In this document: positions 17,405 through 26,059 of the stretch, in pieces
How the letters are laid out: the number at the start of each line of letters is the position of its first letter
How positions within the stretch are numbered: the first letter of the stretch is position 1
Source of the DNA: a virus
Reading direction: 5' to 3' (one strand)
Virus record (IMG/VR): IMGVR_UViG_3300045988_074170
Length of the DNA stretch: 64,000 bases
Notes under the pieces: model-generated
What the model saw: only the letters and a program-made list of their open reading frames with translations
Told to the model about the DNA's origin: nothing
Databases searched by the model: none
Translations under genes and position numbers: made by a program

Positions 17405-19048
17405 TTATTTCTTGCGAGGTACAGGCTTCCTCGTTGTCTTCGGAGTTTCCTGCACACCCTTGTTTGCTAAATATTCCTTGAGCGACTGTTTAGTCTGTCG
17501 CTTATTCAACGTCTCTTGTGGCTCCTGCGCAGCCGTTTCACCCTCGCCAACTACCTTTGTTCCGTACACTCCTGGTGCTATCTCTACTCGCTCCTTCTTC
17601 TCCCCAACGGCTGCTTCTCCGTTACCTTTACGGCTGCGACGGCTCTCAAGCCTGTCAAGAGCCGACATATCCAACACCTGCTCAACGATTGTTGAACGTG
17701 ATATATCGTAGAAGAAGCCGTTCTCGTAATTAGTAGGGATTCGAATGATGATACCATTGTTTCGGTAGTTTCGTAACTTATCACAATAGATACGAGCCAT
17801 GTTCTGTTTGCCCTCTTCAATTGTAATGTTACCTGTAAACACGAACGAGAATGGCTTGATAAGTGTGCGGTCACCCTCTGTATTCTGGCGAGTGATTACC
17901 CGTGTCGGGTCGTTCCATACTTCAATAGGAACGTCTCCCGTCTGGGTCGCTGTAATTACGGCACAGTCGTATTTCTTCGCGATATCCTTTAATCGCTGGG
18001 CACACTTCTGTAACCTGTATTTGATGAAGTTCGGGTCGAAGTCAATCTTCTTATTTTCTCCTGTCAATAACAGGTCAATAGAGTCGACTGTGACCAAGTC
18101 AGGATAATACCCATACTCTTTTTTATAGTCCTCTATCGCAGCCACCAAGTCGGCTATCGTCATGTCCATCATCTCTTCAGAAGCGTACACGTCAATATCA
18201 CTGTTCACCGTTTGCGCCCTCTTGATGAGTGCGGAGATACGTTGTCGGGTCTCATCGCTGACATCACCCCTCATGATTTTCGCATAGGTAGTGTTCGCCA
18301 ACATTTGGTCAAACTTAACAACCGCCTCATCACGACCACCCTCTAACTGAAAGTGAAGACAATGATTGTGGGCGATTGATGTATTGTACCAAGAGAAGTA
18401 TTTAAGAGCCGTGGATTTACCAACACCGGAACGCATGATGAGTAAGACGGTATCCTGGCGAGGAATTCCCCCATCAGTAATTTCGTCAATCGTTGATATT
18501 CCTGTCGGTATCTTTGCCCGACGTGTTTCATCCTCGGCTTTCATTTGTGCCGTTCCTATGTTCCGATAGAAATCCCTGTACACCCGTACAAACTTCCCTC
18601 GGAACTTGTCTAAGGAAAAAGCGTTTATTTCCGCCATTCTTTTCTCAAGAAGAAGCATCGCTTCCTCTGGCTTCCCTTCATTATACATATCCGACACTTC
18701 GTGCTGAGTAGCAACAAACGTCTGGCGTCTAATAAAGGTTTCCAATTGCCGTGTCATGGGTTCTACCTCTGGAAGTTTAATTCCCTTGACCTCAGCAATC
18801 TTCTTTGAAACTTCCTCGTTGTTAGGGAAGGTCATTTCCACCATACCGAATGTCGCCAGATTACCCGTTTTCTTCATCGTATCTGCCAACACTTTCAGCA
18901 TCGCTTTACACCCTCCCAATTCTCGGGGGAAGTTACTTAAATCAAGATTATCTACCACCAACTCCGCAAACTGTTTATTCGCAAAAGCCAACCTCAACAT
19001 TTCCTCTACAAAGTTAGGTGATAGAATAGCATCAACTTTTTTGCCCAT
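17405..19048 (-). CDS. DnaB-like replicative helicase
   Basis: 547 aa with Walker A RSGVGKST, Walker B DLVTVDSIDLL and a RecA-fold C-terminal half. Adjacent to primase. Confidence 0.8.
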   Translation of the reverse strand: MGKKVDAILSPNFVEEMLRLAFANKQFAELVVDNLDLSNFPRELGGCKAMLKVLADTMKKTGNLATFGMVEMTFPNNEEVSKKIAEVKGIKLPEVEPMTRQLETFIRRQTFVATQHEVSDMYNEGKPEEAMLLLEKRMAEINAFSLDKFRGKFVRVYRDFYRNIGTAQMKAEDETRRAKIPTGISTIDEITDGGIPRQDTVLLIMRSGVGKSTALKYFSWYNTSIAHNHCLHFQLEGGRDEAVVKFDQMLANTTYAKIMRGDVSDETRQRISALIKRAQTVNSDIDVYASEEMMDMTIADLVAAIEDYKKEYGYYPDLVTVDSIDLLLTGENKKIDFDPNFIKYRLQKCAQRLKDIAKKYDCAVITATQTGDVPIEVWNDPTRVITRQNTEGDRTLIKPFSFVFTGNITIEEGKQNMARIYCDKLRNYRNNGIIIRIPTNYENGFFYDISRSTIVEQVLDMSALDRLESRRSRKGNGEAAVGEKKERVEIAPGVYGTKVVGEGETAAQEPQETLNKRQTKQSLKEYLANKGVQETPKTTRKPVPRKK

Positions 19049-19058
19049 ACTAAATTAT

Positions 19059-21158
19059 TTAAACTGCGTCAATTTTTATCATTACAGTGCTCTCTCGTAA
19101 CTTGTTAATCGCCATGAAAGAGGAAGACACGGTATCATCGTGCCCACTGATACTCTCAAGAGTTCCCTTATCGCTGCGGAACGCAACCGAGTTGAACTCC
19201 CCAAACATCTGGTCAATCTTAGCAGCCGTGTCAGGATGATACGGGCACTTGATTACACCTCTCTCAAATAACGCTGCAAGTGATGCCCACCCTGTTCTCA
19301 GGTCTTTCTTATTCCCGGAAGTCGTCGTGAACGGTGTAATATTCTTGATACCCATCTGAACGCACATATCCGCCAATATACTTTGGAAGCCGTTGTTTTC
19401 CACGACTATCTCGTTTGGCTTGAACACCCTGTTCAGTAGGTCAATCTTCTGTATCTGTTCATTATGAGATAATCCCTTTTCCCGGAATATGTATAGGAGA
19501 TAATAATTCCCCTGGACATCCTTCCCCCAAACTGTATAACAAGTATAGTCGGCTCCCACATTTCCTGAGACAGCGAAGTCACAACCCATGACCACCCTCT
19601 GTAACTTGATAGGAAACGACTCTATGTTATCAACGAGCCTGACGTTTTCCATCCCGATTGTACTCCTCTTTAATATCTCCCAAGGGAAGATTGTACTGTC
19701 GTCGGAAATAGGTACGACCAAATACTCACGAGAGAATACGAGCGTCCCCAGAGACGCTTTTTCCTCCATAAGTTTTGCCCACGTAAAACGGTCAGGAGCC
19801 AACAGGCGACCGTCCGGGAATATGGCTGGGTACTCAAAGACACGGAACTTTGGGTCTTTCTTTAATTCGGCATACAAGTCCTCTTGCTGATACGGTGTAC
19901 CATCAACGATGTTATATCCATACGGCTCAACGATAGGCGTGATAGCACCTTTAAACAGGTCTCTCAACTTCTCACGCTGTTCCAATGAATAGATACTACT
20001 CTCATCTGGTAAGTCATCGCTGACCGCTGCCCCCACGTGAAGACCACGAATAAACCCGTCCTTTCCACGGAGGTGAAGTTTCGTTCCGTTCTCACATTCA
20101 ATACTTGTCGCTGCCAGTGAAGCCTTTCCAGTAGGGTTCAGTTTTGCTGCCAAAGCCTCATTCACACGGATTTCCTCAACCACCTTGTCAATGTGCTGTT
20201 TACCCAGTTTTTCCGTGTTCGTAATAATACAGGTTTCCTGGCGATTTTTATTGTCAGGAATATCAGGTCGCATAAACGTCGGACGTCGGTAACTGTATAA
20301 TCTCCACAGCGGGAACGCCATACAGAACTCGTAGGAATTGTGAACGACTGTACCATCCTCTAACTGAAACAGATGGTCACCATCGCACATAAACCCGTAA
20401 TAAGACTCTTCCCCAATAGGTTCAACCGTTATATTCCCACGCTCGAATACAGGCTTATCGTAAGAGAACACCCTGTACCCCTGGAACCGTCTTTGCTTCT
20501 TGACAGGATATTTCAGGAATTGTCCCATTTCTATTTCGACATACTTCTTCCGCTTCGTGTCAAAGAGGCACATCGTGTGCGCTCGGTTCACGGCATACGG
20601 CATACCATTCTCCTGCTCAACCCTGAACATCTGGGCACGACCGATATGTCGTGTCAGAACCTTTCGGGGAGTGAAGTCTAATCCCATCACTTCCATTCCA
20701 GGATAGATGTCCTCTATATTCTTCACGGAAAAGTCAGCCATCAGCACCCGTGTACCTCTCGCAAAGCATTTACCGTGAGAACGAGCAGCAAGATATGCGC
20801 TGTTCGGATAAAGTTGCACCATGTTTCCCCATTCAAGATTTCTCCAACCCTGACGGAAATTAGGAAGCATAGTTGTCTTGAAATAGTTGTACGACTGAAC
20901 TTTCAGCGTCTCATCCATTGACTCTTCCAATTGGTCAATGTAGTTGAGCCGTTCAGTTTCAAGCGTGGTATTTAGGGAAAGAACATTATTCGTCTGAATG
21001 AAGATTTCCGATAACAGTGCATCGACGTCACCACCATAGCCACCAACCAATTGATTGATAGCCACAGGTGGTAACGACTCAAGCACGTTGAACGCAGTAG
21101 AGAACACCGTGTCCAACTGTTTGTACGACAACTTTAAATCTTCATTAAAATGTATCAT
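19059..21158 (-). CDS. terL: Terminase large subunit (precursor containing a mini-intein)
   Basis: 699-aa ORF. Joining the exteins restores the P-loop AARSHGK|S. C-terminal RNaseH-like nuclease region (MGCDFAVSG..., GHDDTVSS). Confidence 0.8.
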   Translation of the reverse strand: MIHFNEDLKLSYKQLDTVFSTAFNVLESLPPVAINQLVGGYGGDVDALLSEIFIQTNNVLSLNTTLETERLNYIDQLEESMDETLKVQSYNYFKTTMLPNFRQGWRNLEWGNMVQLYPNSAYLAARSHGKCFARGTRVLMADFSVKNIEDIYPGMEVMGLDFTPRKVLTRHIGRAQMFRVEQENGMPYAVNRAHTMCLFDTKRKKYVEIEMGQFLKYPVKKQRRFQGYRVFSYDKPVFERGNITVEPIGEESYYGFMCDGDHLFQLEDGTVVHNSYEFCMAFPLWRLYSYRRPTFMRPDIPDNKNRQETCIITNTEKLGKQHIDKVVEEIRVNEALAAKLNPTGKASLAATSIECENGTKLHLRGKDGFIRGLHVGAAVSDDLPDESSIYSLEQREKLRDLFKGAITPIVEPYGYNIVDGTPYQQEDLYAELKKDPKFRVFEYPAIFPDGRLLAPDRFTWAKLMEEKASLGTLVFSREYLVVPISDDSTIFPWEILKRSTIGMENVRLVDNIESFPIKLQRVVMGCDFAVSGNVGADYTCYTVWGKDVQGNYYLLYIFREKGLSHNEQIQKIDLLNRVFKPNEIVVENNGFQSILADMCVQMGIKNITPFTTTSGNKKDLRTGWASLAALFERGVIKCPYHPDTAAKIDQMFGEFNSVAFRSDKGTLESISGHDDTVSSSFMAINKLRESTVMIKIDAV
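20337..20768 (-). mobile_element. Mini-intein (144 aa, no endonuclease domain) in the TerL Walker A motif
   Basis: Starts CFARGTRVLMADF (block A, Cys1) and ends DGTVVHN followed by the +1 Ser. Boundaries checked at codon level: TGC at 20768-20766, AAT at 20339-20337. Confidence 0.8.
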
Positions 21159-21838
21159 ACCAATTGGAACCTTTCTCTAAATCTTGACTCTTTTCTTGTA
21201 GATGAAACTGCTGCCACAGGTGAAGAACCCCCTGTGCCTCTCATGTGCTCAATGTACTTCAACATGAGTTGAGCGTTTGCTCGGGTATCTACCAGCGCAC
21301 GGTGGGCATCTACCAACTCAACACCCTCCAGTCGGCAGCACGTACCGAGTTTATAATTTTCTTGCTCTACTGCCCGATACCACCCCAATTTCATTGTATC
21401 TTCAACAAATTTAACATATTCCCATAAATTATCTTGCTGAAACTCAAAGAGTCCTTCGAAAAACGGAATATCGAATAATTGAAAATTGTGTCCACACAAA
21501 ATTGTGCCCACACGGGGATTTTTATACTTCGTCAAAAATGATTTCACGGACTGATAAACATTTTTGACACTTTCCCCATTTTCAGTAAGATGCTTCAATG
21601 ATAAACCATGAACTCTTTCGGCTTCTGGGCTGTATTCTAACCCATCTTTATAAGGTGAAATTATTTCGCTATATTCATCAACTATTTTCAAGTTGACTAA
21701 ATCAATAGCAACCAGCGCAACCTCACACAATGGAACATCGAAAAAAGCCTTCTTTTCTGGCTTCCCTTTAGAAGCCTTACAAGGCAACCCTCCTGTTTCG
21801 GTATCCGCAACTACCATAAAATTTGCAGTCGTTTTCAT
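21155..21838 (-). CDS. DEDDh 3'-5' exonuclease (DnaQ-like)
   Basis: ExoI VADTETGGL, ExoII GHNFQLFDIPFF, ExoIII HRALVDTRANA. Confidence 0.8.
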   Translation of the reverse strand: MKTTANFMVVADTETGGLPCKASKGKPEKKAFFDVPLCEVALVAIDLVNLKIVDEYSEIISPYKDGLEYSPEAERVHGLSLKHLTENGESVKNVYQSVKSFLTKYKNPRVGTILCGHNFQLFDIPFFEGLFEFQQDNLWEYVKFVEDTMKLGWYRAVEQENYKLGTCCRLEGVELVDAHRALVDTRANAQLMLKYIEHMRGTGGSSPVAAVSSTRKESRFRERFQLV

Positions 21839-21846
21839 ATCAAAAT

Positions 21847-22551
21847 CTATTTTAATTTGTAACTAAATTCAAATCCATCAACACTTATAATCTTCCCCAA
21901 ACAACAGCGATTTATTCTACCAATTCCAATAGAAGTTTCTAAAGCAGCCTGAGTTAAACTATCAAAAGTTTTCAGCAACTTTCCATCTAAATATTGGTAA
22001 ACTGCTTTCCTTCCAACTCCAGTCCTACCTTTGAGAGAATCAGAAATATGTTTCCTCTGTTCAAGAGTTCTCTTCTTTCCCCGAAGTTTTTCTGCTCTAT
22101 TTTCTATTTCTATTGTGGACTGTTTTCTTCCTCTTAATGGGGAAATACGCTTTTCTATTTCTTCCTCAGATTGTTTCTTGCCTCTATTTCCTGAGCCCAT
22201 TTTATACAGAATTTCTTCAGTAAACTCATACCCACTTCGACCACCCGAAGTTGAATTATAACCATTCTTATAGGAATCGTAAAAAGAAATCCAATATTTT
22301 TCTCTTTCATCCAACCATTTCACGCATTCAACTAAATTTTGAAATGGTTTCTTTTCAAGGCATTCAACAGAAAAAGAATCTTTACCGTATTTTCGAATTG
22401 CTCGATAAAACTTACAGTCCTTTATTCGTTTCTTTGTTTTAAATGCCGTCCGGATATGCCGATTAAATCTTCGATGATATTCATGAGTAACCTGACCAAT
22501 ATAAACTTTATTAGTCTCAGAGCAAGTCACCATATAAATATATCCAGTCAT
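21847..22551 (-). CDS. GIY-YIG homing endonuclease (free-standing)
   Basis: Contains GYIYMVTCSETNKVYIGQV, FYRAIRKYG and YNSTSGG, plus NUMOD3-like repeats. Confidence 0.9.
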   Translation of the reverse strand: MTGYIYMVTCSETNKVYIGQVTHEYHRRFNRHIRTAFKTKKRIKDCKFYRAIRKYGKDSFSVECLEKKPFQNLVECVKWLDEREKYWISFYDSYKNGYNSTSGGRSGYEFTEEILYKMGSGNRGKKQSEEEIEKRISPLRGRKQSTIEIENRAEKLRGKKRTLEQRKHISDSLKGRTGVGRKAVYQYLDGKLLKTFDSLTQAALETSIGIGRINRCCLGKIISVDGFEFSYKLK

Positions 22552-22564
22552 AATCGTCTTTATT

Positions 22565-22954
22565 TTAAGAAATCATAAACTTTAAGTCTTCTAAATCTCG
22601 GTCTCTTGTTTCGATGTCATCGTACACCAGCGTCAAATTGACGACAGGGTTCTTCTCACCCTTTAACCCCAACGGGAAATCGTTCAGCACGATTGTAGGC
22701 TCGCCCTCAACCGTCATATCGCCTCGGCATTGAATGACATAGAACTTGATAAGAACTTGGTTGGTTCTATCGTGAAACTGAAAGACTTTCGAGTTGAACT
22801 TCTTTTCAAGTTTCTCAATGAACCTCGTGAAAGCCTCAAGAAACTTTTCCTCGGTCTCTGAATTCTCTTCTGATACTGTTAGGAGGTCAGCCAACCGCTT
22901 CGCACCAAACAGCAAGCAAAGCCTCACGAGAACACCTACTATTCTTTCATCCAT
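22565..22954 (-). CDS. Hypothetical protein
   Basis: 129-aa co-oriented ORF. Confidence 0.55.
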   Translation of the reverse strand: MDERIVGVLVRLCLLFGAKRLADLLTVSEENSETEEKFLEAFTRFIEKLEKKFNSKVFQFHDRTNQVLIKFYVIQCRGDMTVEGEPTIVLNDFPLGLKGEKNPVVNLTLVYDDIETRDRDLEDLKFMIS

Positions 22955-22976
22955 TTCGGTTACAATTTAATAATTA

Positions 22977-23387
22977 TTACTCGTCTTTACAAACTGAACT
23001 TCTCGCTCCAAATTCGTACTTCGTGTGGCAATCTTCGCAAGTCAGTTCGATGTTACTTTTTACCAGCCTTAACTCGGGATAAGCACCCTTCGATTTGATG
23101 TGGCTAAAATAAATCGGTTTAAGCGGTTCTAAGAGACGCTTTCCACAATGCGTACAAATGTGAGGACGCTCCGCCCATATTTCCTTAAAGAGAGCCAATT
23201 CACCCGTTGCTGGTCGGAGTTTAGGTTTCTTTGCCTTACTCCTTTCCGCACGTACCTCAAATCGTGACTTCCCGTTGTGAAGCCTTTTATAATTACAGTC
23301 ATCACACAGGCACTTGGTTCGGTTCGTGATATACCGATGTTTCCCGCACCCGTTGCATATCTGATATTTTTCAGTCGTCTTCGCCAT
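22977..23387 (-). CDS. Zinc-ribbon / HNH-like (NinG-like?) nuclease
   Basis: CNGCGK...CDDC near the N-terminus, then HICTHCGK...FSHIKSKGAYPELRLVKSNIELTCEDCH, which resembles a beta-beta-alpha-Me finger. Confidence 0.4.
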   Translation of the reverse strand: MAKTTEKYQICNGCGKHRYITNRTKCLCDDCNYKRLHNGKSRFEVRAERSKAKKPKLRPATGELALFKEIWAERPHICTHCGKRLLEPLKPIYFSHIKSKGAYPELRLVKSNIELTCEDCHTKYEFGARSSVCKDE

Positions 23388-24045
23388 AGTCTGTCATACG
23401 TGATACTTCCCTTATTGTAACGTGAGAACCCTGTAATTGCTGTGTCTCCGTAGCACTCTTCTTTTCAGCACTTTCCGAGATTTGTTCGTACAGGCTTTTC
23501 CCGCTGGCGTCCTTTGTTCCAAACAACATCTTACAGTCCTTTTCGAACGGACAAGTATAACAGATTTCATCCTTCGGATTGTAGGGACTACTCCCGAACT
23601 TCGCTTCACAGAAATTCGGACCCGATATTCTTGACATTCTCAACCGTTCCCTGCGAAACACGTCATCCGATACCGCTTCATAAGTGTTTGTCTTGACAGG
23701 GTTCACCAACTTCTTCTCACGTGCCCAATCCCTTGCATGCCACTTTGCTTCATCAGAATATTCATTCCAACGTCTCCATGCTTCTTTCCCCATGAACCAA
23801 CTCGGCATCGGTTTGCGTTCATGGTCTTGACCCACAAAGACATAGAATTGAAATAGGAGGAAGTTCCAAATGAAGTCCGCTCCCGCAGTCGGGGGAAGCG
23901 TTTCCATGAAAGAAACAACCGCAGAACGATGTAAAGGCTTATTCATCTTGAGCGTTCTGGGCTGTTCCTTCATCCTCATTTGCAGATACTCGTATATCCG
24001 CAAAATTATCTTCAAAGTTTCATTATAAGAATATAGCATAATCAT
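23371..24045 (-). CDS. Hypothetical protein
   Basis: 224-aa co-oriented ORF, first gene after the virion block. Confidence 0.55.
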   Translation of the reverse strand: MIMLYSYNETLKIILRIYEYLQMRMKEQPRTLKMNKPLHRSAVVSFMETLPPTAGADFIWNFLLFQFYVFVGQDHERKPMPSWFMGKEAWRRWNEYSDEAKWHARDWAREKKLVNPVKTNTYEAVSDDVFRRERLRMSRISGPNFCEAKFGSSPYNPKDEICYTCPFEKDCKMLFGTKDASGKSLYEQISESAEKKSATETQQLQGSHVTIREVSRMTDYGEDD

Positions 24046-24056
24046 CTTTAATTTAG

Positions 24057-24079
24057 GGAGAGGGATTTTCTCCCTCTCC
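24057..24079 (-). terminator. Hairpin between virion block and replication block
   Basis: 9-bp perfect stem ggagaggga/tccctctcc with a 5-nt loop in the 38-nt gap. No clear U-tract. Confidence 0.3.
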
Positions 24080-24083
24080 GTTG

Positions 24084-24653
24084 TTACACCCAGTCGACAA
24101 TCATATCAATTGACTCCTGTTGGGGGTGCGTTACAGGTTTATAACGTCTTCCCGTCGGGTCGGCTGGGTCTGGCTCGCATACATCATCGTACTGTTTCTT
24201 GGCAATCTCGGTATCAACGTGACGGCAAAGCCACAACCCTATTTCCGCACCAGCCTCTAAATCACCTACTTCCAAAACAGCGTCTTCGGTCATGTCAATA
24301 AACTGTGCCCTGAACGGCTTATTCGTAGGAGCCATGACATTCTCCATAGACTTCTGGTTGTATTTGTTCACTACATTCATCGCACCGACAGCCATCTTGT
24401 AGGAACAAATCGCTCCTTCTTGACGGCTTATCTTCACTGTAATATTCGTACACGGTGTATCGAACTCATTCTTCAGCACGATGGCACGATATTCATCCCT
24501 TCCAGACTTCATTGTCATCAATGATATTTCATCAAAGATGTTGCTGAAGTCATCATTTGCAACAGGGGTGGAGGATTTGAATCCTCCAAGTGAACGCTCG
24601 GGATTGGGCTGTTCACCATTGTACCCTGTGGTCGTAGTGTAGTAAAGTTGCAT
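24084..24653 (-). CDS. Hypothetical virion-module protein
   Basis: 189-aa ORF, last gene of the structural block. Confidence 0.55.
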   Translation of the reverse strand: MQLYYTTTTGYNGEQPNPERSLGGFKSSTPVANDDFSNIFDEISLMTMKSGRDEYRAIVLKNEFDTPCTNITVKISRQEGAICSYKMAVGAMNVVNKYNQKSMENVMAPTNKPFRAQFIDMTEDAVLEVGDLEAGAEIGLWLCRHVDTEIAKKQYDDVCEPDPADPTGRRYKPVTHPQQESIDMIVDWV

Positions 24654-24657
24654 ATCT

Positions 24658-26043
24658 TTATGAATTTTCGTTTACTTTTACCATTACACCCTCGTATTCA
24701 CCAGTTCCGGCTTGAGTCGGTACGGTAAACAGTTCGTATCCTCCATCAGCAGTCTTAGTTTCGAAGTCCCAGAAGTCTTCCTCGGTATCCTCAACGAATG
24801 TTGCTGTGTACACCGTATCAGCCTGAGCAGCAATATCCTGAATGGCTGTCTGATTGTGAGCATTACCATTACGCAACCATCCAGCAAACTTGTAACCAGC
24901 AGCAGCCTGAGCGCATATCTGTACAGTCGTACCCATAGGCACGGATATTGACTCTTCTGCCTTGTCGATTGTTGCTGAATTGTTGATTGAAACGGCTCCT
25001 TGAGTTGTACCACCGCTGGCTGTCTTGACGGTTATCTTGACATCCTGTACAGGGTCGGGGTCGACTTCCAACACGATGTTTAAGGTCTCGTTCTTTCCCG
25101 ATACGGTATAGTTGCCAGTTTGGGTTAGGTATCCTGGCTTTGATACCGACCAAATCAATGTACGACCGTTTATTGCCTCAACGCTGTTTGTGATAACACC
25201 ATCGATGATTACCTGTGCATCGGCTGGCGTTGGGTTGATTGTGATTGTATAAGTCTGACCCGAACCTCCTGAACCGCCCAGCGTCCAATACTGTGTACGC
25301 TCGTCAAGAATTGTAACCGAACCACCATTATTACGGACACGAGCGATATAATACTCATTCGCATTCTTAGGAGGCATTGTACTTGCCGATGGCTCCTCTA
25401 CAAAGGTTAATTTATACGTGTCAAAGGTATATAATCCTTCCAACTGTTCATCGGTGAACCTACGACCCATAGGAACGCTTCCCAGAACGATTACCCGTAA
25501 CTGGGTCTCAGCCTGAAACGCAACACCGCTTGAGAGAACGATGTTGTTATTATTGATGATATCAACGATTTGATACACCTGATTGTTCAATGGCTGTGAG
25601 CCGTCTTCCTTTACGAAACGAATACAGGTAGGAACGCCAGAACTCTGACCTCGTACGATTCCATTGAAATTGACAGTTCCTGACACGTTTCCTGACGTAT
25701 CAACCTGAACAGTTCCATTCTCGTAATTGTGTGAGTCGGGACCGACTTTCAGCCAATAATACTTCTGGTCGTTAGGAACAGGGAGGTCGAGTTGATTGTC
25801 GACCCTGTACCCTTTCAGGTCAGAGCCAATCACATATCCTCCCACCATGTTAATCGCTCCCAGAGTTGTGGAAGCCGTCACTTTGAACGCTGAACCAGCC
25901 TTTCCTCCAGGAGATACCAACCCGAAGGAAAGGGAGGCAGCGAAGATTGCGGAAACTTCAGGCTTCTCGTTCAAGAAGCCTATCATCCGTGTGAGTTCTT
26001 CTTTCTCTAAGAACGTACCTCTGTGAATGTTTATCTTACTCAT
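24658..26043 (-). CDS. Tail-fiber-like protein with Ig-like / Listeria-Bacteroides-repeat-like C-terminal domains
   Basis: 461 aa. C-terminal beta-rich repeats include a GYKFAGWL-type motif. Lies downstream of the baseplate genes. Confidence 0.5.
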   Translation of the reverse strand: MSKINIHRGTFLEKEELTRMIGFLNEKPEVSAIFAASLSFGLVSPGGKAGSAFKVTASTTLGAINMVGGYVIGSDLKGYRVDNQLDLPVPNDQKYYWLKVGPDSHNYENGTVQVDTSGNVSGTVNFNGIVRGQSSGVPTCIRFVKEDGSQPLNNQVYQIVDIINNNNIVLSSGVAFQAETQLRVIVLGSVPMGRRFTDEQLEGLYTFDTYKLTFVEEPSASTMPPKNANEYYIARVRNNGGSVTILDERTQYWTLGGSGGSGQTYTITINPTPADAQVIIDGVITNSVEAINGRTLIWSVSKPGYLTQTGNYTVSGKNETLNIVLEVDPDPVQDVKITVKTASGGTTQGAVSINNSATIDKAEESISVPMGTTVQICAQAAAGYKFAGWLRNGNAHNQTAIQDIAAQADTVYTATFVEDTEEDFWDFETKTADGGYELFTVPTQAGTGEYEGVMVKVNENS

Positions 26044-26059
26044 ATTTTCAAATATTTAT

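Noticed and set aside
4610-19048. Additional inteins in DnaE or the DnaB-like helicase (common intein hosts)
   Set aside because: DnaE has normal length and no Cys/Ser...HN-Cys/Ser/Thr bounded insert was seen. The extra helicase length is N-terminal and lacks Hint-block motifs.
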